A stretch of 64,000 bases of DNA from Neocallimastix sp. 'constans' (GCA_050613775.1 JBODTK010000102.1:372001-436000); one strand, 5' to 3'; counted from the first letter of the stretch, positions 39,955-52,605 are shown. Notes: a model not told the origin generated them from the sequence alone. A program made the numbers and translations.

Positions 39955-41385
39955 AATAATATAAATAAAAAATATGACATTTTAGGAAAGTCATATTTTA
40001 GGAGGAATGTTAGAATATAAAAAAAATAAATTCTTAATAATGACTTTAATATATTTTACCCAATCAGAATATTATTATATTTAAATAAAATTATAAAAGA
40101 AATAAAATGTAACCTTGTTAAAAACATATACACTTTTGTAATCATAAAAAATAAAGATAAATAAAATTAAATATTAAGTATTATATATAAAATGTTATTC
40201 TAAAAATATATCTAATTTTCTCAATATTTGTTTTTGGTGCTTAATAGAACTCGCCATATTACTTATTTACAGGTTTTCATTGGAAATGCTTTTATTCAAT
40301 ACGATAGTTAGGGTTACAGATAAATATGTTCCTCATACTATTTGAATAGGTACTGGACTAATTGAAAGGGATGAGTACATGATTTTATGTGTCCATGTAG
40401 ATATATTCTACTAAATAGCAAATTTCTGACAATTATGCAATTTCCAGAAAGTTAATACAAAATACAATAAGTAAATTTATACTGGCCTCACTTCAAAGTA
40501 TCACTCGGAGAAGGGGTTAGATAGGATTAAGGATTAACAAAATTCTCAGCAGTAATATGCATACTAGAGTACCAATGCTGAAACACTCAGTAAGTTCGTC
40601 CAGTAAGGAAAATTTTGCTTTATAAAAGGACTTTGTGACTTATTTATTATTCCCATTGCTGGAGGCTGAAACTAAGAGAGATACATGTTAGATATAAAGA
40701 AAACAATAAAATGAATAACTATGAATAAAAAATAAATATATTTATATTTCTATTAATAAACTAAAAAAATATATTAATTAAGCTGAAAAAGATTTGAAAA
40801 TACAGCAATCTGAACTGGTAGCAACATATAAAAAAAATAAACAAACGTGCTTGAAAATATAAATATATATGATATAAATTTGTTCCAAATGCGTAATACG
40901 AAATTAAAAGATGATATTAATAATTTAGGATATTCTCTTTTTTCAATACCCTTTTTTTAGAAAAGGGATTAACTCACTTTAAACACATACAATTTAATAA
41001 CATAAATTAAAACATTAATTAATATATTGAAAAGCATAATTAAAATATATCAATTAGGAATATAATTTTCATTTATTAATTTCATAAATACATTAAGAAA
41101 ATACAAAAAATATTAAAATTGACATTCCGTTTTAATAAATAATAATTTATTTTTCAAAACATTCCAAATTTTTTATTTGTCTTAATTTAGAAAATGTTAA
41201 AATTTAAAATTTATTATTAGAATTATAATGGAATTTAATATTATTTATATGATTAATTAAATAATTCTATATATAAAAAAAATAATATTTCTTAATATAA
41301 AAATATATATATTAATATGGTTAATTTAAAGATATTTAATTTTGTAAAAAATTTATAAATTTATTTTATAATAAAATTATAATAT

Positions 41386-42474
41386 TTAGTTGACTTTTTC
41401 ATTAATCAATGAATTAAACATTTCTTCTTTCTCTTTTGTACGATTATTATATTTAAAATATTGCCCCTTAATAAAATTAATAGAAAAATTAATTTCTTTA
41501 TTTAAACCAAAGCTAGCATCGGGTTTTTTATATTTTCTTTTGATATATTCTTCTGTTGATTTTGTAATAAAATGATTTAAATAAACAGGTAAATCGAAGT
41601 AAGCTTCCTTATCATTTAAATAATTTTTTACTCTCTTTTTTTTTAAATTAACAAAGGTTAATTCTCTATTGAGTAAACCGGAAGCATTAATGATTAAATC
41701 TTTTTTATATTCTTTACATTTAATTATAGTTTTTACTCTTGTAGAATATTGGGAGTTTTTTCTACTTCCAAATCTCTCATTAACTGTCTTATTTTCATAA
41801 TGCAAATATCCATTATCTCCATAAACTCTCCATTGTACTCTAATTCCGTCATATTTATTAAAATCATTTAAAAATTCATAAATGTCATTATATTTAGATT
41901 CTATTGAAAGAAATTCATCAATATCAAAAAAAAATATCCAATCATTATTTTTGTAATTATTGTAATAACAATCATGATATGATTCTGCCTGCACTGATTT
42001 TTTTTCTTTTATTTCTTTAGGCCCAATTTCTTTATTAGTTTTAACTATTCCTCTTCTATTAATAACTTTAACAAATCCATTTATAATATAATCATTTATG
42101 ACATCCTCAAATTTTTCTCCATCTACTTTATTATTATCATAGAGGACAATTTTATTTACTCCAAGATTCTTATACCATTCTACCCATTCTCTGATGTATA
42201 GATTTTCGTCCCTTCCAATAGCACAAAGTGTTATTCTAAGAGGTTTATTGTTATCAATTACAGTACTTTTATTATTCTTTTTCTCTGTCTTTAAATATTT
42301 GATGTTATTATATAATAAAATATTGTCATAATTTTTATTTAAGCATAATAAACTTCCGTCATTATTTGGAGAATTATGACTATTATTACTTTCTATTAAA
42401 ATACCACAAGCAGAAATGCACTTAAAACCCACCAATAGCACAAAAATATATTTTAATTCAGGAAAATATTTCAT
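41386..42474 (-). CDS. GT-A fold glycosyltransferase (Glyco_tranf_2_4 / GT92-like) with signal peptide, intronless
   Basis: ITLCAIGRDENLYIREWVEWY...IVLYDNN; Q..SY.DC; WIFFFDIDEFL (DxD); LNHF.TKS.EEY; hydrophobic N-terminus. Confidence 0.88.
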   Translation of the reverse strand: MKYFPELKYIFVLLVGFKCISACGILIESNNSHNSPNNDGSLLCLNKNYDNILLYNNIKYLKTEKKNNKSTVIDNNKPLRITLCAIGRDENLYIREWVEWYKNLGVNKIVLYDNNKVDGEKFEDVINDYIINGFVKVINRRGIVKTNKEIGPKEIKEKKSVQAESYHDCYYNNYKNNDWIFFFDIDEFLSIESKYNDIYEFLNDFNKYDGIRVQWRVYGDNGYLHYENKTVNERFGSRKNSQYSTRVKTIIKCKEYKKDLIINASGLLNRELTFVNLKKKRVKNYLNDKEAYFDLPVYLNHFITKSTEEYIKRKYKKPDASFGLNKEINFSINFIKGQYFKYNNRTKEKEEMFNSLINEKVN

Positions 42475-45400
42475 TTTTTATATGGTTTAATATTTATATT
42501 TTTACAAATAATACCTACTACTGTAAATGATTTTTTAATTTTGTAATATATGAATAATGAATATTTAAATATAAGTATTTTTATTAATATATATTTAATA
42601 GTTTCAAAATTAAATTTATAAAAGAAATATTTTTTTAACTTATATATTCCTTATATATTATAATTTTTTTTTATTTAAATAATTTATGAATAAAAAAATG
42701 TAATAAAAATTCAATTGTTAAAAATTAATATTTATTTCAATTATTAATACTTTAATAAATTATTTTTATACTTATCTTTACTTTATAAAATTTATGAATT
42801 TATTAAATTTATTAATTTAAATCATATTTAAATATAACTTAGCGGAAAATAAAAATTTTCAAAAAAAAAAAAAAAATAATTATAATAATAATTAAATATA
42901 ATATTAAATTCAATATAATTGAAATTTAAAATAAATAATTATAATCATTTTATACTTATTTATGAAATTAATAATTTAGATATTGATATTTATAAATTTA
43001 GTTTTTCTTAATACTAAATAATATTTTATTAATAAAAATTTTTTCAATAATAATTATAAATTTATAAAATAAATAAATTTCTTTTTTTAATATTTATTAA
43101 TATGTTAATTTTATAAAATTTAATTATAGTTTACATTAATTTTTTATAAAAAAAATATGAGTTTATTTTAAAAAAAATTAAAATATTTAAATTTTTTAAA
43201 AGATTCTAATTTAAATAAATAATTATTCATTTTGAAAGAAAAAAATTTTTTTTTAATAATTATATTTTAATATATATTACAATTAATATATTTCAAATCT
43301 GATTGCGCTTATCCTTAATAATTTGATTTATTAATAGTATTAATTCTCAAGTTATAGTAGAAATGGACTACTATTTTTATTCTAAATGATCTTTCTAGTA
43401 ATGTAATAAATCTATCTGCAAGATTGTTTTCTGACTTTATGCTTTATCAAGATTAACTAATACTTAAAATTATAATAGAAAATAAATTTTGTAATAATAA
43501 TTATATCTTATTAATAAAAATTAATAATATTAAAAGTTTTAAAAAATTAAAATTTAATAATATAAATAGATTTATTTTTTAAAAAACTTTATTTAAATAT
43601 TTTTTTTACTAAACAATTGGCATAAAGTATTTAATTTCAAATAATCTTTAATTGATTTTTTATGTAAATTATATATTATTTAAAAAATTAAATATTAATA
43701 ATTCAATAAAAATGAAAAAATTAAAATTTATATTTTCGGTTTGTTAAAATTAAAATTTTTAAATTAAAATATTATTATTAAAAAAAAAATATAAAATTTG
43801 TTTTATAATTTTAAATTAAATCAGCAATAAATAGATTTTTGAAATATTATTTCAAATATTCATAATAATTAAAATATAAATAAAGGAAATTATTTTTATT
43901 TTAATATATTTAATAAATAATAAAAATGATATTTTAAATAATTCGTACCGTTTCCTTGTTTATTATTGAAAATTTTAAATATTTAAACAATTATAAACTA
44001 TTTATATTTTTATACGTAAATAATTGAAACTTGATTTTTTATTAAACTTTTTAGTATAATTTTATTAAATATTATTGATATTTATAGAAATGGCGTAAAT
44101 TTTATAAATTAAAATATAAATATTAATAATTATAAAAAAAATATATAAAATAATATTAATTTAAATTAAATTTTCTTCTTTGGTAAATTGATATTGAATA
44201 TGAATGATAATTAAAGAAATGCAATATATAACATAAAAATTAAAAAATGAATATTTACATGAAGTGTAGGAAGCAGAAAAATTCAGAATATCACTGATAA
44301 AAATTATTATAAAAAATAATTTATAAAAAATTAAATTAAAACCAATATTTATATAATATAATTTTTCTAGTATTAAAAATATTATTTAATATAAATTATA
44401 ATAACTAAAATGTAATCTCTATTAATACTTTATTAATATTTACGTTATAAATATATAAAGTAACAATTATAAAGAAATGAGTATTAATGTTTAATTTTTA
44501 ATTAAAAAATTTTCCAATTAATATATTCAAAAATATTTTAATTAATATTTTATTTTATTATAATATTAAATATAATAATTTAAAATAAAATTATTAACGA
44601 TATAAAATATAAAAACTGAAATATTCATATTTCATTTTTATTTCTTAATTTATATAAACAAAAAAAATAGTAAATTATTTAATTGGTTTTCTAAATTTTT
44701 TTAAAGAATTTAATAATTTTTTTTTTCATTTTTTAAATTTATATTAATTTCTTTTTCTTTTTAATAATTTTTTTATTTTTATTTGGATTTATTTTTTGTT
44801 TTCTGAGTTCGTTAAAGGCTTTTTTAATTAATTATATCTATTGTTCTTCATTAAAAGTTTGAAAGAGAGCCTTCTCTTTCTTTATAATAATAAAAAATTC
44901 CTTCATTGGAAGATACAAAAATTTATATTTTTATAAATCATATAAATAAAATTTTTAATAATCAATAAAAAAAAATAATATATATATATTTTACTTTCTA
45001 TCACATTATTATTAAATTATATTTTTTACAAAATAAAAATATTCTGAGATATTAAGATTTTCAATATCGGCAGAATAAAAAATAAAACTTAATTAAAAAA
45101 ATATAAAAAAAAATATATTTATATGATAATAAAAATGAAAAACTGATTTATTATAATATATATGTCATTATATATTCATATTTTCTTGATCTAATAAAAT
45201 AGTTTAATTAATAAAACAAAACCATAAAAAAGTAAATATTTATTTTTATTTTTTTTTTTTTTTTAAAAAAAATTAAACTAAATTAATATTTTTTTATGTT
45301 TGCCTATATCACAATAAATTTTTTTAAAGTTAAAAGAAATTTTTAATAAACATAAATTTAATATATTTCATACTATAAAAGTTGTTTTGAAACTTTTAGT

Positions 45401-45724
45401 TATAAAATTTAATTTAAAAAAAGTTATTTTTTATTTAAAATATTAAATTTTTAAAATTTGTTTATTCCAATAAAAGTATACATATAAAAATAATATAAAA
45501 AGAACAAAAATAAAATAAAATAAAATAAAATTTAGTTCTAACAAAAAAAAATACTTTAAATACTTAATTAAATTTAATTTATATTATAAAAATTTATAAT
45601 CTATTTCTATAAAAAATATTGAATATTCCGATTAATAATTAATAAAGTATAAATAAAATATCTATAAAATGTTTCTTTACTAAAATAATTCTATATATAA
45701 AAAATATTAAATTTTCATTTTTTT

Positions 45725-46990
45725 TTACACAACAAAATTTTTTAAAATAGGTGTGATGGATAAGAGATAACTTACAAGTAAACTACTTCCACATATAACC
45801 ATCCAAAAAGTGGGACATCCTATAGATGAACTTAATTTTATACCTAAAAATTCTTCCTGCTTTATGTGGGCATATCTCGATAGTAATCCTTTCAGAATCA
45901 TATGAGAGAGATACATACCGAAAATTAAAGCCGACAATTTTGAAATGATTCTTATGGCCCGTTCTGAAAAATTAATTCTTCCAATTTCATGCTTAAAGAA
46001 GATAAAAAGTACTACAGTATAGAATGCCACGGTTAGAGTATAACTGTCACGAAAATCCTTAGAATAACGTCCAGTTTTCATTTCCAGACGATAGGTCATA
46101 CCAAAAATAAGAAAAATATCAGCTAATCCTAAAATATAGAGTAGTACTCGAATTTTGAATGATTTAATAGTGACATGCTTAACAATATGATAACCGGCAA
46201 CGAAATACCCTACAAATTCCAAAGTAAAATGATAATGCCAACGGCTGGTCCATGTATTCAGTTCGTCTTGAGCTTCCTTCTATTGATAAGAACTAAAAAT
46301 ATTTTTAAGCGTTGGAATTAATGATCCCCAGAAGACACAGAGACCAAAAAAATATCTGGCAAGGTTAACATCATCCGAAAAAAGACGTAAAAACGGTGAA
46401 ATAAGATAGCAGCTAATGATCATAAAAATGAACCAGAGATACTCTTCACCAACGAAAAAAAGCTTTAAGAATTCGGAAGGTTTATTTTTTTTATAGAGAA
46501 AAATATTAATTAGTGCATTAATGGTTGACCAAAAGGCAAATGCTGTGGCCGGTCTCAAAATATTATGTCGAAACAATTTTTTAAAGGAGAAGGTCCTGGA
46601 GGGTCGAGGATGAATGTTCCGGAAAGAAGGACGAACATTGGAACGGCGAAACGAGTCATACAATTATAGAAACAAATGATCATTACATTGGAGTCCTTTC
46701 GTTTGAGGTGAGTTTTTTCACATCCATACCCAGCACTATGGAGTAAAATAATTCCAAGCATAGAGAAGATACGAGCACAGTCAGTCCAGTACAAACGTTT
46801 TCTTTTTTTGGGTTGAAGGGATGGAAGACTTTCATTGAGGGTAGCTTCACTTCCAGTCACAAAAGAATTTAAATTTGAAATATTTATTTGTTTTTGATCC
46901 TCCTGAGGTCTTGATATAGTTTGAATGTTTGAAACGAATTCATCATTTATTCTAGTTTTTTTGAATTGTAGTATTGCTAGTTAAATCCAT
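45725..46990 (-). pseudogene. Acyltransferase-3 (OafA/WecH-like) membrane O-acyltransferase, disrupted
   Basis: RLYWTDCARIFSMLGIILLH, FAVPMFVLLSG, YLWFIFMI, GYFVAG, FGMYLSH. Frameshift near 46600, in-frame TAG at 46282-46280, and a probable A-run slip near 46960 after an ATG at 46990. Confidence 0.85.
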
Positions 46991-48329
46991 ATAAAGAAAC
47001 AACAAAAAATTGTTAATAAAATTAAAATCAAATATCAAAATTGTTTTAAAAACAAAAGTCATATATTTTTTATTTTATACAATAATATTATTTTAATGAT
47101 TTAGATTTCTGTCTCCTATTGACTCATTTTGTACATATATCTTTTTTTTAAAACAACTATTAAATAAATAATCATATCATATATATAATTATTATTTTAT
47201 TAATTAAAATTATATATAATTTGAAAAAAAAAATTTTAATAAATAAAAAAATAAATATATAATAAAAGAGATATGAGATGAATTATTTTTTTTTTAATAT
47301 AATAATAATTTAATATTTTAAATATTTGATATATCTTTTTCATTTAAATAATTATAAAAGTTTTATCCTAAAGTTATTTCTAGTATAAATAATATACGTA
47401 ATATCTCATGAGATAAATCGTTATAATAGCTTTTTTAAAGATAAAATTTAGTTATATCTATTTTTATACTTTTAGTAAAATATAATTTTTATTTTGAATA
47501 TAAAATATTTATAATTTATTATATATTTAAGATTTCTATTTTAATTAAAAATAAAATTTTTATTTTTACTATTTTATAATATATTTTTAGAAAGTTTATC
47601 TTTTTATTTGCATTATATATAAATAAAATAAATATATATAAATATTTAAAAATAATTATTAACTTTTTTTTTTATTATATTCAAATACAAATTGCATAAT
47701 TAGTAAAAATTATTTATTTATAGATATAGATTAAAAAAAATAATTCATATAAATAATTTATAAATTTTATTATTATTTAAATATTTTATTTTATTTCTTT
47801 ATATAAAGTTAAAAGTAATAATAATTAAATAATTCTTTACTAATATTTTCTGTTTATATATATTACGTTACATTAAGATGATCAAAAATGTAACTTATAT
47901 AATAAATTTAATAAATATAATAAATATAAATTTTAATTCTAATTATCGAGACTAATTAAAATATAAAAAATGAAAAGTACATTTCATAATAATTTAATAT
48001 TATTTGAATATGTATATTAATAATAAAATAAGCCAAAAAAAAAAGAGAATACTTTATATTATAATATATTATTACTAATTAACAAATTTAAATTTTTTTA
48101 AAAAAAAAATATAATTATATACAATATATATATACTTTACATACTTTTAATGTTTTATTTATTTATTTAAAAAGTATTTTAATCTTATATTATTAATAAA
48201 GGAATTAAACTTATTTAAATTATTAATTTATTTATTATTCTATTGTTTTTTAATTCTTACTAAAATAAAAGTACTACTTATATTTATAATATATAAAATT
48301 ATTCTAATGTATTATAACAGTTAAAATAA

Positions 48330-48700
48330 AGATATTAAATTTATTTTTAAATGTTTTTTTTACTAATTAAATTTCTTATTATTTTAAATTACTGTAATAC
48401 ATTTTCTCTTTAAAATTTAAAGTTATGTTTTGTATAAAAATATTTCATTCAAATTTTTAATTTACTAAAGAACTTGTTATCAATTAATGCAAGTAATATT
48501 TCATAATAAAATTCTTCTTATATTATTTCTTTCTAACATTTCCCCTTCAAATTTAGATTAGTTTTAAGCCTAATTTTCAAATTTAAATTAACGTTTTTGA
48601 AGAGGATAGCATTTCTAAATTTTTCCATAAAGGTATTATTCAGGAATTTCTTAAATCCATTCACTAAATTACATTCGAATTTAAGGTAATACAGTTCAAT
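48330..48700 (-). mobile_element. Copia 3' end relic (RNase H tail, PPT, LTR start)
   Basis: Minus-strand NLVNGFKKFLNNTFMEKFRNAIL; PPT gaaggggaaa then TGTTAGA starting at 48538. Left boundary approximate. Confidence 0.6.
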
Positions 48701-50028
48701 CATAAGATATTAAAGTTTTTAATAAACTAAAAATTATTATATATACAAATTTAGACCTTATATAATTATATTTTAAAATAATTATATTATTATAAAAAAT
48801 GAAATTAAATAAATCTTTTTCATTTGCTTTATTTTATTTTATTTTATTTTATTTTTTTTTTCAATAAATGATATTAAAACACAGTTTTATATTTAAAAAA
48901 TTATAAGAATTAACACTTTAACAAGTTTAACAAATTTAGTTCTATCAATTAATAATAAAATATTAAATGTAATTGAAAAATTGAAATAATAAAAAAAATA
49001 CTGTATTAATCAAAAAATAATTGTTTAATATTATTTTAAGTTATTTATATTTTTTTATAGAATCTTAATTGAAATTTTATTTCAATAATTAATATATATA
49101 AAAAGATTAATCACTCTTAAAAATTTTTAAAAAAAATTTTTATCTCTAAGAAATAATTATTTTAATATTATTTGAATTATATATAATTAATTTTTATTAA
49201 TTAATTTTTTTTATATTTATATCTTTAAATATTATTTATTTATTTATTCATTAAAGTTATAAAATTTTTTTTCAAATTATTTATTTATTTAATTATTAAT
49301 ACACTTCAATTATATATTAATAATAATCGTAATATTGTAAATTAAATAATTAAGTTACTCTTGAAATTTTAAATTACATTATAATATGAAAGAGAATCTG
49401 TTTCAGTTTTTTTATTAAAAAAATTTTTATATAAAATATATATATATTATTATTTTTATAATAATAAAAAAAAGAAATTAAATAAATTAAATATTAATAA
49501 ATATTATAAAAAAAATAAATATATTTAAAATATCATTATTAGAGAGTATTAAATTTATGTTATAATAGGATAAAAATTTTATTAAATATATCTTATTTAA
49601 AAAAATAAATTATTTATTATCAATATATTTTTTTTCTTTAAATGCTTATTTATTCAATTTAAAGTTTAAATATTTTTTTTTTTATTATCATTTTTTTAAT
49701 ACTATTTTCTTAAATAATATTTTTTATATTATTTTTTTATATTATTTTTTAAATATATAAAAAAAATAAACAATAAATAATAAATAATATTAAATAAATA
49801 AATATAATTTAATTTTATATTTTATTTATATTATTAATATTAAAAAAAAATAAAAATATTTAACTAGAAAAAAATTAATTATAATTTTATTTCTTAAAAA
49901 ATTAAAACTGTAAATTTATTATTTATATATAAATAACTTTATATTTAATCATTTATTTATGATAAGACATACTTATTTTAATACTTTATAAATTATATAC
50001 CTATTTTTATATTATTAAATAAATAAAA

Positions 50029-52605
50029 ATGAACCTATTGACATTTAGGAATATATTTTATTTATATATTAAATTATTATTAAATTTTATTATTAATAGC
50101 AAGAGTAGTAACCTTTCCCAAATTCATAATAATAATTTATATCTTGTGGATCAAACTAAAATAAAAAATAATCATGAAAAAATATTAAGTGTTCAAATAA
50201 ATAGCACTACAAACTCAAATGAAGAATATGATCTAAATTTAATATTAAATTATAAAGGAGGACCTATTGAACCAGAATGGCAATGGGTTAAAAATGTATC
50301 GATTGTATATACCTGGGTGGATGGCTCTTATGTAAATTTTCAAGATCTGAAATCAAGGTATAATGGAGGCATTCGGAAGGTTAATAGCAGAGATCGTTCA
50401 GCGGATGAGCTTCGTTATTCGATTCGTTCCTTAGAAAAATATATGCCATGGCACGAGGGTCCCATTTTTATCGTAACCTGTCAGCAAATACCTAAATGGT
50501 TAGATATTCATCATCCAAGGGTTAAGATCATAGATCATAAAACCATCTTTCCCAGAAAGGTCTTTCCTACCTTTGATTCCGGAACCATTGAATTGTTTTT
50601 AGATAAAATTCCAGGAGTCTCAGAGCGATTTATTTATTTCAATGATGATTTCTTCATAAACCGTTATCTTCATCCGAGTTTTTTTTTCACTTCGAATGGC
50701 TTTCCAAAACACTACAGAAATAATAACTTACTCCATGTTTCAAGGAAGGTACACCGAAGAAATATATCGAAAGGGATAAATATGTTCAATAGTATGTGCT
50801 ACAATACTCGACAGCTAATCCGTACCTACCTGGACAGAGACTATCAATACTATTTTCTACACCACTCTCCCTATGTTTTTTATCGTGATTTAATGGAGCC
50901 GTTTCGACAATTTTTTAAGAACGATTTAAAAGTACTTTGTATTGATAAATTTAGACACTGGGAAAAATCCCATGGACTCTATCTCTACCTTACCTTTATG
51001 GAATATGCCAATAGAAATACAGAATTAAATTTATTTGATGAAAGTGAACTCCCGAAAGAAAGAACCATCACCGACTATTCCTGCCAAGTAATGCCTTCCT
51101 CCCTCACCAATAATTTAATAAAATTTGGAAAGGTGACCAATGATTCAGAAAGAAATGAAGAACTTTTCCGTTACATCCATGACCATCCCAATCTTCTTAT
51201 CTTTAGTTTTAATGATGTCTATTCCGAGCATCAAGCCTTTCTAGAATTTACCGAATTTTTAATGAAGAGATTTCCGGAGGCCTCCTCCTTTGAAAAGGAA
51301 GAATATAAAGGGTTAGAAGAGCAGGCATATTTTAGGTTTTTGAACTATCCTACACTAAAGAATACGGATTCTAATCAAGCCAGTAAGAGTACCGAGGATG
51401 AAAACTTGAAATTATATAATACCATTAAACAACATAACTTGAATGTGACTGAAAATTACTTAAATGAGAAAGAAAAACTCGCCGGACCCAAAACGACGAC
51501 GAGTGACCGAGAAAAAGAGGAAATTGACTTTCTCTTACGGTATAATGGGGAAAATTGTGATAAGGCATGGGAATGGGCCAAAAAAATGTCGGTTGTCTAT
51601 ATCGTTGTAGAGAGTAAGCATGACAGTATTCGGACAGAAATAGATAAATTAAAATATTCGATACGATCTATCGAAAAATATATGCCATGGTTTGAGGGAA
51701 CTATTTTTATCATCGCTAGTGGAGAACATAAAAGAAAATTTAACTGGATAAATTCAAGTAGCAAGAGAATTCAATTAATTGATCCTAATCTTTTATTACC
51801 AAACACAGCCAGTAATAAAAATATCAATAGATATACTATTGAAATGTTTTTAGATAAAATTCCAGGGTTATCAGAACGATTTATTTACTTATATCCTCAT
51901 CATTTCTTTATTCACCATGTACATCCACGATTTTTTTTCAATAAAGAACTGTTCCCTAAATACAATTTTGAGAATATGATTTCAGGAAATGAGGTAGACC
52001 AACTAAAAGATACCGATAAATCCTTCTTCCATACCTCCCAAGTCATCCTAAATTATTTTGGCAAAAATTATGTCAAAGGCTATCGATACCTAAAAAATGG
52101 TCCTTATCCACTTTATCGAGACCTTTTCGACCCGATTCGTCAACTCTATAAAAAGTATGTGAAGAAGTTAGTGGAAGGTCCAGAGGATAGCACCATTCTT
52201 CCCTTATACCTCATCACGACCTATAACATCTATGGGACAAATCATCCCTACTATCCTGAGGTGGTTGGTGGCTACGGCAAAGCAAGAAAATACCAGTCAT
52301 CGGTCTCCCTTAATCCTTCAAGAACCATAGATTTCTATGGATTTGATATCACTTCGCCCGCCATCTCCAATGCCACCATGTCGCTTGATATTCCTTTCGC
52401 AAGAAAGGCTAGTATGGTGGACCGATTCATTCGGAAGACGATCTGTGAATCGAAAGAAACACTCGACCAAATTAAATCGGAAGGAAAACTTTTTTTCAGC
52501 ATTAAAGAAATCAATGACAAAAAAGGAAATAGTATATTCGATAGGATTTGCTTTTTAAAAATTATGAATTCTTTATATGAAGAAAAATCGTCTTTTGAAT
52601 TGTAA
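50029..52605 (+). CDS. Stealth-family sugar-1-phosphate transferase with two tandem Stealth domains (second degenerate), signal/anchor, intronless
   Basis: CR1 SIVYTWVDG; CR2 ELRYSIRSLEKYMPW...PTFDS...IPGVSERFIYFNDDFF; CR3 HHSPY; CR4 FSFND. Second copy LKYSIRSIEKYMPW...IPGLSERFIYLYPHHFF. Confidence 0.92.
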   Translation: MNLLTFRNIFYLYIKLLLNFIINSKSSNLSQIHNNNLYLVDQTKIKNNHEKILSVQINSTTNSNEEYDLNLILNYKGGPIEPEWQWVKNVSIVYTWVDGSYVNFQDLKSRYNGGIRKVNSRDRSADELRYSIRSLEKYMPWHEGPIFIVTCQQIPKWLDIHHPRVKIIDHKTIFPRKVFPTFDSGTIELFLDKIPGVSERFIYFNDDFFINRYLHPSFFFTSNGFPKHYRNNNLLHVSRKVHRRNISKGINMFNSMCYNTRQLIRTYLDRDYQYYFLHHSPYVFYRDLMEPFRQFFKNDLKVLCIDKFRHWEKSHGLYLYLTFMEYANRNTELNLFDESELPKERTITDYSCQVMPSSLTNNLIKFGKVTNDSERNEELFRYIHDHPNLLIFSFNDVYSEHQAFLEFTEFLMKRFPEASSFEKEEYKGLEEQAYFRFLNYPTLKNTDSNQASKSTEDENLKLYNTIKQHNLNVTENYLNEKEKLAGPKTTTSDREKEEIDFLLRYNGENCDKAWEWAKKMSVVYIVVESKHDSIRTEIDKLKYSIRSIEKYMPWFEGTIFIIASGEHKRKFNWINSSSKRIQLIDPNLLLPNTASNKNINRYTIEMFLDKIPGLSERFIYLYPHHFFIHHVHPRFFFNKELFPKYNFENMISGNEVDQLKDTDKSFFHTSQVILNYFGKNYVKGYRYLKNGPYPLYRDLFDPIRQLYKKYVKKLVEGPEDSTILPLYLITTYNIYGTNHPYYPEVVGGYGKARKYQSSVSLNPSRTIDFYGFDITSPAISNATMSLDIPFARKASMVDRFIRKTICESKETLDQIKSEGKLFFSIKEINDKKGNSIFDRICFLKIMNSLYEEKSSFEL

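Larger units (their letters stand above)
35175..40246 (+). mobile_element. Ty1/Copia retrotransposon, internally deleted, with 239-bp LTRs and 5-bp TSD GAACT
   Basis: LTRs 35175-35413 and 40008-40246 look identical by eye; GAACT at 35170-35174 and 40247-40251; PBS 35414-35427; PPT ttttaggaggaa ending at 40007; integrase precedes RT. Confidence 0.95.

Noticed and set aside
1245..52605. Bacterial contaminant contig or intact operon
   Set aside because: Spliceosomal introns, eukaryotic TEs, multi-kb AT-rich spacers and mixed gene orientation.
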